Shown: one piece after another, positions 21,069 to 31,874 of the stretch
Numbering within the stretch: position 1 is the first letter of the stretch
Layout of the letters: each line of letters opens with the position of its first letter
From: an uncultured delta proteobacterium
GTDB lineage: Bacteria > Myxococcota_A > Polyangia > Polyangiales > Polyangiaceae
Length of the DNA: 64,000 nucleotides
Assembly (NCBI GenBank): GCA_963806225.1
Contig: CAWDXG010000001.1
Location: 1-64,000, forward strand
Reading direction: 5' to 3'
Program-made: the position numbers and the translations under genes
Notes under the pieces: generated by a model
Databases searched by the model: none
Told to the model about the DNA's origin: nothing
What the model saw: only the letters and a program-made list of their open reading frames with translations

Positions 21069-21721
21069 TCGATCTCGATCCGCTCTCCTTGCTCTGCCGG
21101 CTCGCCACCGCCGTGCCCCCACCCCGCTTCAACACCGTGCGCTACGCCGGTGTGCTGGCCGCCGCGAGCACGTGGCGAGCGCGCGTCGTCCCCCCGCTGC
21201 CGCCGCCAGCGGAGGGAAGCAGCGACGACGACACATGCCCGACGTGCACCGCGAAGGACAAGCCGCCCACCCACCGCTCGGGCTATCGCCCCTGGGCCGA
21301 GCTCCTGAAGCGCACCTTCCGCATCGAGGTCGAGCTCTGCGGCAGGTGCGGTGGACGCATGAAACTGCGCGCGCTGGTCATCACGGCTGCTGGCATCCGC
21401 CGCTATCTCCGCTGGCTCGGCGAGCCCACCGAGCCGCCCACTCTCGCCCCCGCCCGCGATCCGCCCTTTTTCAAGAGCCGCGCCATCCGCCGCCGGCTCG
21501 GCGAGCCCGCGCAGGCGGAGCTGTTCGACGCGCACTGAACGCGCCGTCGCGACGCCCTGGTGCGCGCCGACGCCGCCACGAGGCGCTACCGGGCGCCGCT
21601 GGAGCGCGAAACCCCTGCTCAGGAAGCCTACCGGGCCTCGCCTGCCAACACGCCACCGCCCTCCGGACCGGCATCCCGCGCACCCCCCGGCGATGCGGGG
21701 GCGTTCATGTTACCTACGCGC
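21069..21721 (+). mobile_element. Diverged family-B variant (B'), 5'-truncated
   Basis: DLDPLSLLCRLATAVPPPRFN...QAELFDAH*; different 3' spacer but the same terminus GCGTTCATGTTACCTACGCGC. Confidence 0.9.
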
Positions 21722-21781
21722 TCGAGCTCGAGGTTCGCGTGCTGCTCGGCGGAGATCCCGTGTGAACCGGGGTTGATCCCG

Positions 21782-23038
21782 CTAGGGACAGGCGAGCTTC
21801 ACCTTGACTGGCAAGACGCTATCCTTCGTCGTTCCATTTCCGAGCTGGCCGTGATCGTTGTGGCCCCAGCACCACACCGTGCCGTCGTCGGCGAGAGCGC
21901 AAGTGTAGTCCACTCCTGCCCCTACGGCGACGAGGTGTGCGCCAATGCCAGCGATCTGGACCGGACTATCCTGCTCAGCGCTTTGGGTCTTGACCCCAAC
22001 TTCGCCCCAGCCAGTGCCACCCCAGCACCAGAGCGTCCGATCCGTCTTCACGGCGCACGCATGCGAACCCCCGACGGCCACCTGCGCGACGTTCTTCCCA
22101 AGCGCATCCACCTGGAGAGGCTTGTCCGAAACACCAGGCAACGGACGCCCGAGCTGTCCGAAGGCGTTGTCGCCCCAACAGGATATGCTCGCGTCCTTCT
22201 TCAGAGCGCACCTGAATGACCCTGCTTCCACGACGCTGAGAACTTCGCCCAGGGCTGTCACGCGGGCAGGCGAGCGCGTCCAGGCTTGTCCCATGTTGTA
22301 CCCGGGGTCCGTCGTCGGCACTCCAAGGAGTCCGTTGTCGTTCTCGCCCCAACACCAGAGGCTTCCGTCAGCAACCACGGCACACGTGCTGAACCTCGTA
22401 GCAACCTGCGTCACCTTGCCGGGCAGTCCTGGGACCTGAACAGGCTCGTGGCGATCCGTGCTGGTGGCGTCGCCAATCGTTCCGGAGGAGTTGTTGCCCC
22501 AGCAGTAGAGCGTGCCGTCGTCGAGAATCGCGCACGAATCGGACCCGCCCACAGCCACGGTCCGAACTGAACTACCAAGTGTGTCGACCCGCAAGGGACT
22601 GGCGGAAGGATCGGTTGTGCCGTTGCCGAGTTGCCCATGATCATTGGCTCCCCAGCACCACAGCGCGCCATTCGTATCGACGGCGCAGGAGTGGTCGAAA
22701 GCCACAGACGCGGTGGTCACAGCGGCGGGCAGGCCCCCTTCCTGAACGGGCTGCAGGTTGCCGGCGCCAGCGTCGCTCTGGGAAGTGTTGTCTGCACCCC
22801 AACACCAAAGTGCGCCGTCTTTGAGGACCACGCACGTGCTGTCGAAACCGACATCCAGCTCCGCCACACATCCCGCCGAGCCGGCAAGACCCGGTGTGCC
22901 CGCCCCACCAGCAGCTCCACCAGCTCCGCTCGAGCCTCCGGCTCCGGTTCCACCGGGCGCAGTCGCGCCGCTACACGCTTGCGCGCCAAGGAGTGCGAGC
23001 ACGGCGAGCAGTGCGAGATTTCGGCGTAGCTGGGTCAT
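21782..23038 (-). CDS. RCC1-repeat lipoprotein
   Basis: GAQAC lipobox, Gly linker, repeated LWCWGxNxxGQLG. Confidence 0.92.
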   Translation of the reverse strand: MTQLRRNLALLAVLALLGAQACSGATAPGGTGAGGSSGAGGAAGGAGTPGLAGSAGCVAELDVGFDSTCVVLKDGALWCWGADNTSQSDAGAGNLQPVQEGGLPAAVTTASVAFDHSCAVDTNGALWCWGANDHGQLGNGTTDPSASPLRVDTLGSSVRTVAVGGSDSCAILDDGTLYCWGNNSSGTIGDATSTDRHEPVQVPGLPGKVTQVATRFSTCAVVADGSLWCWGENDNGLLGVPTTDPGYNMGQAWTRSPARVTALGEVLSVVEAGSFRCALKKDASISCWGDNAFGQLGRPLPGVSDKPLQVDALGKNVAQVAVGGSHACAVKTDRTLWCWGGTGWGEVGVKTQSAEQDSPVQIAGIGAHLVAVGAGVDYTCALADDGTVWCWGHNDHGQLGNGTTKDSVLPVKVKLACP

Positions 23039-23530
23039 TGCGCCTTGTGGAATACGGGATTGTCGAACCAGCTACAGTGTCGCACGTGCAGCGCTCCACT
23101 GGGAGGCGCGCAGCGCGCGGGCGGCTCACACTGGCCGTCGGTCGAACAGGGCAGGCGGCATTGCATGCCGTCGCACCGCGAGTTGGCCGGGCAGTCCCCA
23201 TCCGACTCGCAGTTCATCGTGTAGTACCCGTGGGGATAGAGCACGCCAGGTTCAAGGCAATAGCCTATGCCAGGCGCGAGAATCCTTGCGCTCCTCGAAC
23301 CCCGGGGGCGGAGGGTCCCCGACGGGGCCGGACGCCGGCTTGGCTGGAGGCGTCTCGGGCGGTGGCGTCCACCCGTCTTCCGCCTTGCAGGCCGCGCCGA
23401 TGGCCTTGCCGGACACGGCAGCGTGGGTGCGCCCAATGTCGCTTCGGGGGCGCGAGCAACCGGCGAGCTGGACTCCGCCCAGAGCGGTCAGGACAATCAG
23501 AGGGCCGGGAACCTTGATCCATCTACTCAT
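23035..23530 (-). pseudogene. Cys-rich lipoprotein with a frameshift near 23280
   Basis: MSRWIK..QLAGC in one frame, continuing as GIGYCLEPG..YYTMNCESDGDCP in another; may be a sequencing indel. Confidence 0.6.
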
Positions 23531-23549
23531 TTTGCGCCTTCGCCCGGAT

Positions 23550-25060
23550 GACCCAGTCGGGACCGTAGTCGCCGTTTCCGAAGCTGTAGAAGAAGCTTTG
23601 GTTGGCGGGGTCAGCCGCGAGCCCGTTGTAGTCGCCCCAGTAGCAGTTGTTCGCGTGGATGGGCGCGGTGACCGACCGTGTCGGGGTGATGTGAAATGCC
23701 GCCCCAGGTGATGCCGTCGTCCCCGCTGCGCCACCTGACTTCCGCCAGTCCCTGACTGCCGGGGGGATTATAACTCGATCGCGCCTGGAAAAGGCCGGGC
23801 GTCCATCCGTGCTCGGGGACCTGGTCGTAGCGAACGTCGTCCATGATAGACGTGTTACAGCCCGTCACGAGTCTCAAGTGCCACGACTGGCCATCATCCG
23901 TACTGCGGTAGATGCGCTGCTCCTGTTTCTGACTGCAGCTGCCCGAGCCGTGCGCGCTTAGCGTGACGACTAGAGTGCCAGTGCTCTTATCTATTGCAAT
24001 GCCCAGGTCAGAGCCATAAGCCAGACAAGCGCTCCCGAGACCGTAGTAGGTATTTTCGGTACAGGAACCACAGTGGGGTGCTGGCGGGAGGTAGTCGCTG
24101 ACATCCTTTATCCTGCTGCAGGCGTCGAACGTATTGGTCGATGGATCGAACACGTGATGCTGGATACGGCCAGCGGTGCGATTTTCGAAGACGATGTGGA
24201 TCCTGCCGGCTGCGTCCACCGCCGCACGGGGAGTCCTGATCATGTCTCCCGGAAGGCACGGATCCGCCCAGTTGTTCCAGCCGCCCGAGCAGAACGGGTC
24301 GTTGAGGCGCCCCACCTTGATGTGGTCGTCCTTCAGATAGCTGAAGTACATCTTGTCGTAAGTCGCATCCCACAACAGGGTGGGAAAATCGACGTTCGAG
24401 CCCGTGAATGTGCAATAGGTCGCGGTAGGGCTCGCGCACGATGAGGGGCACGGCTCCTGGCTTCGCCACACGAAGAATCCAGCACGGTCCGACTTCATCT
24501 TGAGCTGGTAGAGATAGTGCGTCGAGCCGCCCCGGAACGCGGTCGTATTGTCCGGCCCGATCTTGTCGTAGCCGGGATCCATGACGAACTTGCACCAGGT
24601 GTTGTAGGCGTCCCTCGCGCATCCGTAGTCGAACTTCTGGGTGTCGCCTCCGCCTCCGCCCGCGACGTTCATTGCGGAGTTGGTGCCCACACCATCTCCC
24701 ACTGTCCGCTGGCGTTCTCGTAGGCCGCGGCGCTGGTCTCGGCGAGCTCGCGTTTTGTGCGCTGGATCGCCGTGTGCACGCTCGTCGTCAGCGCAGACGA
24801 GGTCTGTCCGATGGGCTCACCCCCGGAGGCGGCGGCGCCGCCGTGGGAACCGTCGAGTGGCGCAATACGGCGACCAGTCCCGGAGAATTCGTGGGGGCCG
24901 TCCCCGGGTCCCATGCAATCGCCCGACGACGTGCAGACCTGGCCGGTGTTCTCGTCGCCAGTGTCATTCGCAGCGGGCTGGATCCACCCGGAGTTCTCCG
25001 CACCGCACCCAGTGACCACCGCGACGCAAACCCCAACGACAGCCCCCGCCATGCACCTCA
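23550..25060 (-). pseudogene. Secreted BNR/Asp-box protein split by frameshifts (about 24700 and 23680)
   Basis: VVTGC lipobox in ORF 24669-25097; YRSTDDGQSW and WRSGDDGITW in ORF 23611-24702; boundaries approximate. Confidence 0.65.
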
Positions 25061-25507
25061 TACGATATGAGGGTAGCCCCCCCCCCACAGAAGTCAATAG
25101 GCACCAGCGCGCTACAGAGCTCGGAAGATTCTGTATGCATGGGCACCAATCTGTCGTGGGTCCAACGTAGCCAGGCCAAGGGCCGCAGGCGACGTCGCAT
25201 AAGGCAAATTATGTCAACCATTTCCAGCTGTTAGCCCTAACCCCAGCTTGCCTCGGCTTCTCCGGCCTGTCAACCGCCGCGCGGCTCCACCGCCTGCCGC
25301 CACCACGTTTGCTCCGGCGGATGCAGGTTGGTTCGCCTCGCCTTCGTCAGTGCCGACGATTCGCCGACGATTCGACGGGCGTCGAGACGCTGCACCGGAG
25401 GCCGCTGTGTTACCAATCCCTGCATTGCGTCGGGCCTCCCCAATGTCCCATGATGACCACAGCGGGGCGACAGTCGACCCGTCCTGCCATTCCGCTAGGA
25501 GAGTCTG

Positions 25508-25876
25508 GTGCGAGCTTGGATAGCTTTTCTTGCGCTCGGACTCGTGAGCGGGTGCGGGGGGTCGACGCAATCCCCGAAGCAGAACACCCCGTCCCTGGAG
25601 GAGAGCTGCAAGTTCATCTGTCAAACGGCGACCGGCCAGTGCCCCGCCGATTGCCAGACGCAGTGCCGCTCCCTGGGAACGGCGGTAGCTTGTGGCAAAT
25701 ATCGCGTCGCGTTCTGGTACTGCGCAGCGAAGTCGGCCGACGCTGTGTGCAGCAACCAGGACGTGTTCCAGATAGCTACATCCAACGTGTCGACCCAGCA
25801 GTGCTCATCTCAACTTGCCGCCCTCAACAAGTGCGTCTGTGCGAACAACGGGTTGGTCAACTCATGCGGGCCTTGA
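25508..25876 (+). CDS. Small Cys-rich lipoprotein
   Basis: LVSGC lipobox, many Cys in 122 aa. Confidence 0.75.
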   Translation: MRAWIAFLALGLVSGCGGSTQSPKQNTPSLEESCKFICQTATGQCPADCQTQCRSLGTAVACGKYRVAFWYCAAKSADAVCSNQDVFQIATSNVSTQQCSSQLAALNKCVCANNGLVNSCGP

Positions 25877-25960
25877 TGCGGGCGACGTATCCCTGCACGT
25901 GTCCGTCGCCGGTGCGGATGTCGTCTGGAAACCTTCTCGTGACTCCAGCGCACAGCGCCT

Positions 25961-26204
25961 TCACGCCACCCTTAGCAGCTTCACCCCGAGCGCCTTGGAT
26001 GCCTTCGCGAGGGTGGCCAGCGTGACGCTGGTGTCGTGGGGGTCGAGCAGGCGATGGACGACCGTGCGGCTGGTACGCATGACCCGGGCCAACTCGGCCT
26101 GGGACATATTGCGACGAGCCATCGCTCGCTCGATCTTGGCGGAGAGGAGCTTCTTCTGGGTCAACAGCTCGACATCCTCCCGCTCACCCAGCTCCTCGAA
26201 CAGC
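25961..26204 (-). pseudogene. XRE/HTH antitoxin-like gene, 5'-truncated by element B
   Basis: LFEELGERE..AMARRNMSQAELARVMRTSRTVVHRLLDP..SVTLATL. Confidence 0.8.
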
Positions 26205-27744
26205 GCGCGTAGGTAACATGAGCGTCCTGCCCGCGACGCCAGGGCGCGCAGGCTCCGGGCGGCAAGGGAGCAGGTGCGGTTGCCAGGGCGGATAGGAAGG
26301 CTGCGGCGTGGCCATTCGGCGCTCGGTCGGGCCTGCGTCGCGGCGGGTAGCGCGCTCGAGGCGCACCGGTGCGCCGGCGACGGCGCGTTCAGTGCGCGTC
26401 GAACAGCTCCGCCTGCACGGGCTCACCGAGCCTTCGGCGGATGACGCGGCTCGAAAAGAACGGCGGCCCCCGCGCGGGCGCGAGCGCGGGCGGCTCGCTG
26501 GCCTCGCCGAGCCAGCGGAGGTAGCGGCGGATGCCGGCGGCGGTGATGACCAGAGCGCGCAATTTCATGCGTCCGCCGCACTTGTTGCAGAGCTCGACCT
26601 CGATGCGGAAGGAGCGCTTCAAGAGCTCCGCCCACGGGCGATAACCCGAGCGGTGGGTGGCCGGCTTGGCCTTCCTGGCGGTGCACCTCGCGCACTCGTC
26701 GTCGCTGCCTGTTTCCGGTGGCAGCGGCGGCACGATGCGCGCGCGCCACTTGCTCGCCGCCGCGAGCACGCCGGCGTATCTCACCGTGTTGAAGCGCGGG
26801 GGCGGCACCGCCGTCGCGAGCCGGCAGAGGAGCGAGAGCGGATCCAGATCGATGGCGAATGTCCCGTCGCTGAACGGCCGCTTCAGCACCAGGCGGACGA
26901 GGTCGCCCTCGACGAGCTGCACGCGCTCGGCGGCGATCGGCGGGCGGAGGATGTAGCGGCAGAGGGCTTCCTTTCCCGCGACGTCGCTGGCGCTCGCGGT
27001 AGTGGCGGCATGGAGCGAGAAGCCGCCCTCCACGGCGCACAGACCCTTGGTGACTTCCAGGCCGCGGTCGTCGCGCAGCCGGACGGGCTCGCGGCGGCGC
27101 AGCGCGGGTCCTGCCGGCACGCTGCCGAGCGTCGAGGCGACGGCGAGCTCTGCCAGCGCGGGCTCGCTCTCGACGAGAGCGGCGTCGGCCGTGACGGCGT
27201 CGTCTGCGACCACGCCCTTCCGGCGCAGGAGCGCGAGGATCCGCGCCCGCGCGATCTGCAAGAGGTCGGCGACGTTGTCGTTGGTGAGACACGGCAGCGC
27301 GTGGAACGAGAGCTCGCCGCCCTCCTCGTCTTCGGCGAACACTCCATCCAGCGCCAGCGTGTGGAAGTGGGGATTGAGCCGCAGATCGCTCGAGACCCGT
27401 TGCACGGCGGTGACCGCGCCGCCCTTGCCGGCGCGGATGCCGTGCGCCCCGAGGCGGCGTCGGTAGAAGCCGAGCACGGAGTCGACGAACCCGCGGCACA
27501 CCGCGCCCGAGAGCTCCCCGTCGTAGGCGAGCCGGGCTCTCAGCTCGAACGGCAGCGTGAGTACCCACTGGCGCAGCGGCGCAGCGGGCGGCAGGACGTG
27601 CTCGACGAGATCCGCGGCCGTGGACGCCATGCGTCGGCCCGCACACGATGGACAGAAGCCTCGGCCCTTGCACGAGAACGCGACAACGAGTCGCTCGCCG
27701 CAGTCCGGGCACGCCAGCACGGCGAAGCCGTGCGCTCGCGCATA

Positions 27745-30023
27745 CTACGACCCTCCAGATCTGACGGTGATCTTTTGCTCAAACAGATCGGCCTGCGGCC
27801 CTCTTTCTGCGGACGAAATGTCGATCTTCCAGCACGGGCGCTTGCCGACTTTGGTGCGCATCGCGGGGAGCTTGCCGGTCTTGACCAGATACGCGACGTG
27901 AGACTTGGACATCCCGAGGCGTTGAGCCGCGGTCGTGAGCGTGACCCAGCCCGGCGGCGCGTCGCCGCCGGTGAGACGCCGTCGCGTAGCCTCGGAGAGC
28001 ACGATCTTCCATGGCGCGCCGGGTGTCAGCTGCTCGCCCGCGAGGAGCCCATCGTGCAACCACTGGACGACGGTCGTGTGGGCGACGCCGAGTTGTGTCG
28101 CGGCCTCCTCCGCGGTGAACGGACCCTCATCCGGGTCCTTCGCGACGCGATGGCTGTGCCCCGGAATGTGGTTCTTTGCACGCAGGGAGTGGACCGCAGT
28201 GGCCGTGAAGGGGCGGCCGAGACCACTGCGACGACCCTGTCTGTTGAGCGTTCGTGCGATCTGCGCGTCGTCGAGGTCGAGCGCGAGCTTTCGCACGAGG
28301 TCGATGATGTCCTCGCTCGTCGCCTTCAGTTGTCCGCCACGCAACCGCACGATCTCGCGGTCCGTCGTGGCACCCCCCTTCCACACGATCCGGACCATGT
28401 GGCGCTTCGCATCCGTTCGAATCTGGACCTCCTCGATCAGAGCGCGCAAGAGGCGCTTGCGGTCACGGGCTTCCGTCGTCGGAGCGGTCCACACGGCTTG
28501 CAGATCGCTGCCGAGCGCGCGCGCCATCGCCAGTTCCCCGGCCGTCAGCGCAGGTTGCCGTGCACGAGCGTCGCGTGCCTTCGCGCGGACGATCTCCAGC
28601 TCCTCCATGCGCGCGTTCCATCGACGCTCGAGCTCGCGAGCCACGACCCGATTCTCGGGCTCGACAGCGTCGTACTGCCGCTCGGCCCGCTGCGCCTCGT
28701 ACTCGGCCTTCTCGATCTGCAGGCGCCACATGCGCTCCACGTCTTCGCCCTTTTGCTGGCTCTGCTCCTGCACGAGGAGGGCTGCCTCCTCGCCACCATG
28801 TTCGCACGCGAGCAGGAACGCTTCGACGACGGCACGCTCGATCCGTTCCGCTCCGATCAGTTGGCACTCGCCGAGCCCGGGCTCGTGCGACCGGGGCTTG
28901 GTTGCAGCGGTATTGCAGCGTGCGGCGTCCCGACACACCGCCGTAGCTCACGCCCATGCGGCGGCCACACTGGCCGCACCGCGCGAGTCCCTGGAGCAGG
29001 GCGCGGCCTTCTCTCGCGGGCCCGGTCTCGCTCTGGTCTCGGTTGGGTCGCATCACGCGATTGGCATCCAGACGCCGCTGGTTGTCGAGAAATTTATCGT
29101 AGGAAATATGGGCCGGGTAATGGTCCTTGATCAACACCGGCCAGTCTTCGCGCGCGACGGTGCGCATGCGCTTCTTCACCTGCATGTCTCCATCGGCGTC
29201 GACCTCACGCACGGTCTTCGCTCGCCCGTGCACGTACGCGCCAGCGTAGATCGGGTGGTGCAGCGTCGAGTAGATGACCCGCGTCGTCGGGGTGGTCCAG
29301 ACGATCGGGTGCTTGCGCGAAAGGATACGGCGCACCGGGAATTTCAGTCCCTGTTCGCGCCACCACACGAGCACCCGCCGCGCAGCGCCAAGCTCGTCGA
29401 ACTTGTTGAACACCAGACGGATGGCATCGAGGACCGCCTCGTCGCTCGTCATCACGAGCAGACCCTCGTCATCGACATCGTAGCCCGCGGGCGGCGTGAT
29501 GATCAGCTCACCCCGGCGCGCCTTGTTCCACCGTGCCTCGACCATGCGATGGATCGAGTTGTCCAGCTCGATCTCGCTCACCTGCCCGCGGATGCCGAGG
29601 ACCATGCGGTCCGTGCTGAGGGACGGATCGTAGATCCCCGTCTCGTCTGCAATGAGCGTGTCGGTCCAGCGGCAGAGGTAGACGAGCTGATGCCAGTCGA
29701 CATTGTTCCGCGCGAGCCGCGACATCTCGAGGCAGGAGACGATGCCCGCTTCGCTTCGCGCGACCGCGGCCACGAGAACGTCCGAAGCCCGCGCGTGTTC
29801 CAGCCGACGCTCCGCTCTTGCCCTGGTCCTCGTCGATCAACACGACGCGTTCTTTCGGCCAACCCAGCCCCGTGATCTGTCCAACGAGATCGTACTGGCG
29901 TCGCCGGCTCTCCAGATGATTCCGGACTTGATGAATCGTGGACTGGCGCACGTACACGAAGGCCGTACGCGCAACGTGATGCGCGCCAATCTTGTGCCCG
30001 GTGTCACTTGCCGTGTAATTCAT
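27745..30023 (-). pseudogene. Large serine recombinase, two frameshifts (about 29780 and 28930)
   Basis: YVRQST, DEDQGKSG, EMSRLARN, HPIYAGAY, LLQGLARCGQCGRRM, YDAVEPENRVVARELERRWN, C-terminal HTHs. Confidence 0.9.
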
Positions 30024-30177
30024 TGCTCTCCTCTTTCTTCTGCGCCGCACGGGCGGCGCGCGCGATGAGTTCCGCGAAGATACTGATCACCTGCCGGCGC
30101 TGCGCGTCCGTGAATCGCGTCCACGATGCTCGCAGCCCGTCTGCGTCGCCGAGCCGGAGCCTCTGCTGTCGTTCCAT
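30004..30177 (-). CDS. Small accessory protein of the recombinase element
   Basis: 57 aa, WTRFTDAQRRQVISIFAELIARA; overlaps the recombinase start. Confidence 0.65.
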   Translation of the reverse strand: MERQQRLRLGDADGLRASWTRFTDAQRRQVISIFAELIARAARAAQKKEESNELHGK

Positions 30178-30256
30178 TCCCTCGCCTCCTGCGAGACGTG
30201 CATGCACCTTCCTGCTGTCACGGGCAACGACACCGCACGATCGCCCCGGTTCGCGC

Positions 30257-30562
30257 TCACGCCGACCCGTCCTTGCCGCTTTCGACAACGACGGCGTCGT
30301 CGGAACGCGGCACCACTTCGGCCGACGATCGTTGCGCAAGCGCGACCACGAGCGCGCCGAGCTCGCGGAGTGCATCGACCGTGAAGACGTGCTCGGGCGC
30401 CTCGGCGCGCGGGGGGCCATCCGCGTCCGTCCATGATCGCGGGACGCGCATGCTCGAACCGTCATCGACCCGGATCACGATCTGCCTCGGACCAGACTTG
30501 ACGACCTCGAAGGTCTCGCCCTCGAAGGGATGGTGCCGGCGCGTGATGGTGACGCGCGCCAA
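30257..30562 (-). CDS. DUF5372 (Y4bD/Y4pK-like) protein
   Basis: VTITRRHHPFEGETFEV...MRVPRSWTD. Confidence 0.75.
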   Translation of the reverse strand: MARVTITRRHHPFEGETFEVVKSGPRQIVIRVDDGSSMRVPRSWTDADGPPRAEAPEHVFTVDALRELGALVVALAQRSSAEVVPRSDDAVVVESGKDGSA

Positions 30563-31022
30563 CGAAGACCTACCTACATACTCAGTGTGTGACCCCCCAC
30601 CCGCGGGCGAGCACGCCGCAGTCGACGAAGCGCTCGAGCTCGGCGCGGACGAAGCCGGGAAGCGGCCGGGCGAAGCCCTGGTCGATGGCGGCGTAGAGCG
30701 TCCGCAGGTTGTCCTGCACCACGCGGTAGAGCGCGCTCGTCTCCGGGCGGCGGCGCGCGTACGTGGGCCTCGCGACCCCGACCCGTGCGGCGGATGCGGC
30801 GGACACGGCGCGCAGCTGCGCAACCGGCGTGCCGGGGCGGCCGGGCCGTGATCTCCGCTACTCGGCGCTGGTGGCGGGGTGGCGGCGCCACGCTCCGCCG
30901 GCGGCGGCCGCCAGCACGGCGCTCCTCCGCGTGGGGCCCCCGGCCGGGCGCCAGCCCGGCCTTGGCGGGCCCGCGCGGCGCGGCAGCGCGGCGCACCGTG
31001 GAGTGCCGCGCCGCGCGGGGGC

Positions 31023-31340
31023 AACCCTACACGGCGCGCGGCGAGAAGCGGCGCAGGCGCAGGCTGTGCCGACTCGGCGTGCGGGGCTGGCGGCACGGGC
31101 GGCACCGCCGGGACCGCGGGCACCGCGGGCACGGGCGGCAGCGACGCCGGGCCGGGTGGAAGCGCCGGTGTCGGCGGAACCGCGGGCAGCGCGGGGGCGG
31201 ATGCAGGCCCCGGCTGTTACCGCTCACCGTGGACGCCGGACGTAGCGCCGCTTTCGTTCACGCAACGTGAGGCGTTCGGGGGCGCCGGGAGGGCGATGTC
31301 CATCGCGGGTTTCTCGCCCGGATCGGTTGCTGTCGGGTAG
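31023..31340 (+). pseudogene. Fragment of a Gly-rich lipoprotein gene
   Basis: GAGGTGGTAGTAGTAGTGGSDAG linker with no N-terminus, abutting the B left end. Confidence 0.5.
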
Positions 31341-31528
31341 CTGGCGCGGCTCCGGAGGCGGAGCATCGGCGCGTAGCCGCTCCGGACGCTTCCGCTGCAA
31401 CGCACATCAGGAAGAACAAGGCGCACCTTGTCGACTGGAAGACAGCATGCGCGCTCGGCAAGGCGATCGGGTTGCCCACTACCAACGCCAGCCCCGTGCG
31501 CATGATGGTCGACGGACCCAAGCCTGGC

Positions 31529-31844
31529 CCTCCGCTGGCTCGGAGAGCCGGCGGACCCACCCGCACTCGCGCCTGCGCGAGGCCCCCCGTTTTTCAAGAG
31601 TGTCGTCATCCGCAGACGGCTGGGCGAACCCGTGCAGGCGGAGCTGTTCGACTCGCATTGACGCGTGTTCGGGAGTGCGAAGCTGCGCGCGCGGGGGCAC
31701 AATCCGGCCTCTCGAGCCGCCGAGCTCGCAAGCGGCCGGGCGGGCGGCGTGGATCGCGCCTCGCCCGGGGCGTAGACTCACGCTCGGGATCGCGATTATG
31801 GGAGGCGAGACGGGCAGGGAGGAGCGTTCATGGGAACTACGCGC
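31529..31844 (+). mobile_element. Diverged family-B variant (B''), 3'-terminal 316 bp
   Basis: LRWLGEPADPPALAPARGPPFFKSVVIRRRLGEPVQAELFDSH*; terminus GCGTTCATGGGAACTACGCGC. Confidence 0.88.
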
Positions 31845-31874
31845 CGGCGGGCGTCGATGATGTAGACTCGAGCC

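Larger units (their letters stand above)
27731..30600 (-). mobile_element. ~2.9-kb large-serine-recombinase element with flanking CCG duplication
   Basis: Uninterrupted B reads GGCGAAG-CCG-CGGGC; here CCG occurs at both 27728-27730 and 30601-30603. Confidence 0.9.
26205..31022 (-). mobile_element. Full-length family-B copy interrupted by a serine-recombinase element
   Basis: 30601-31022 matches 9182-9603 and 26205-27730 matches 9601-11126. Confidence 0.92.

Noticed and set aside
26308..29130. Long antisense and alternate-frame ORFs (e.g. 940 aa here, 916 aa at 50106-52856, 630 aa at 55482-57374)
   Set aside because: Shadow ORFs of real genes in high-GC DNA; Arg/Ala-rich with no motifs.
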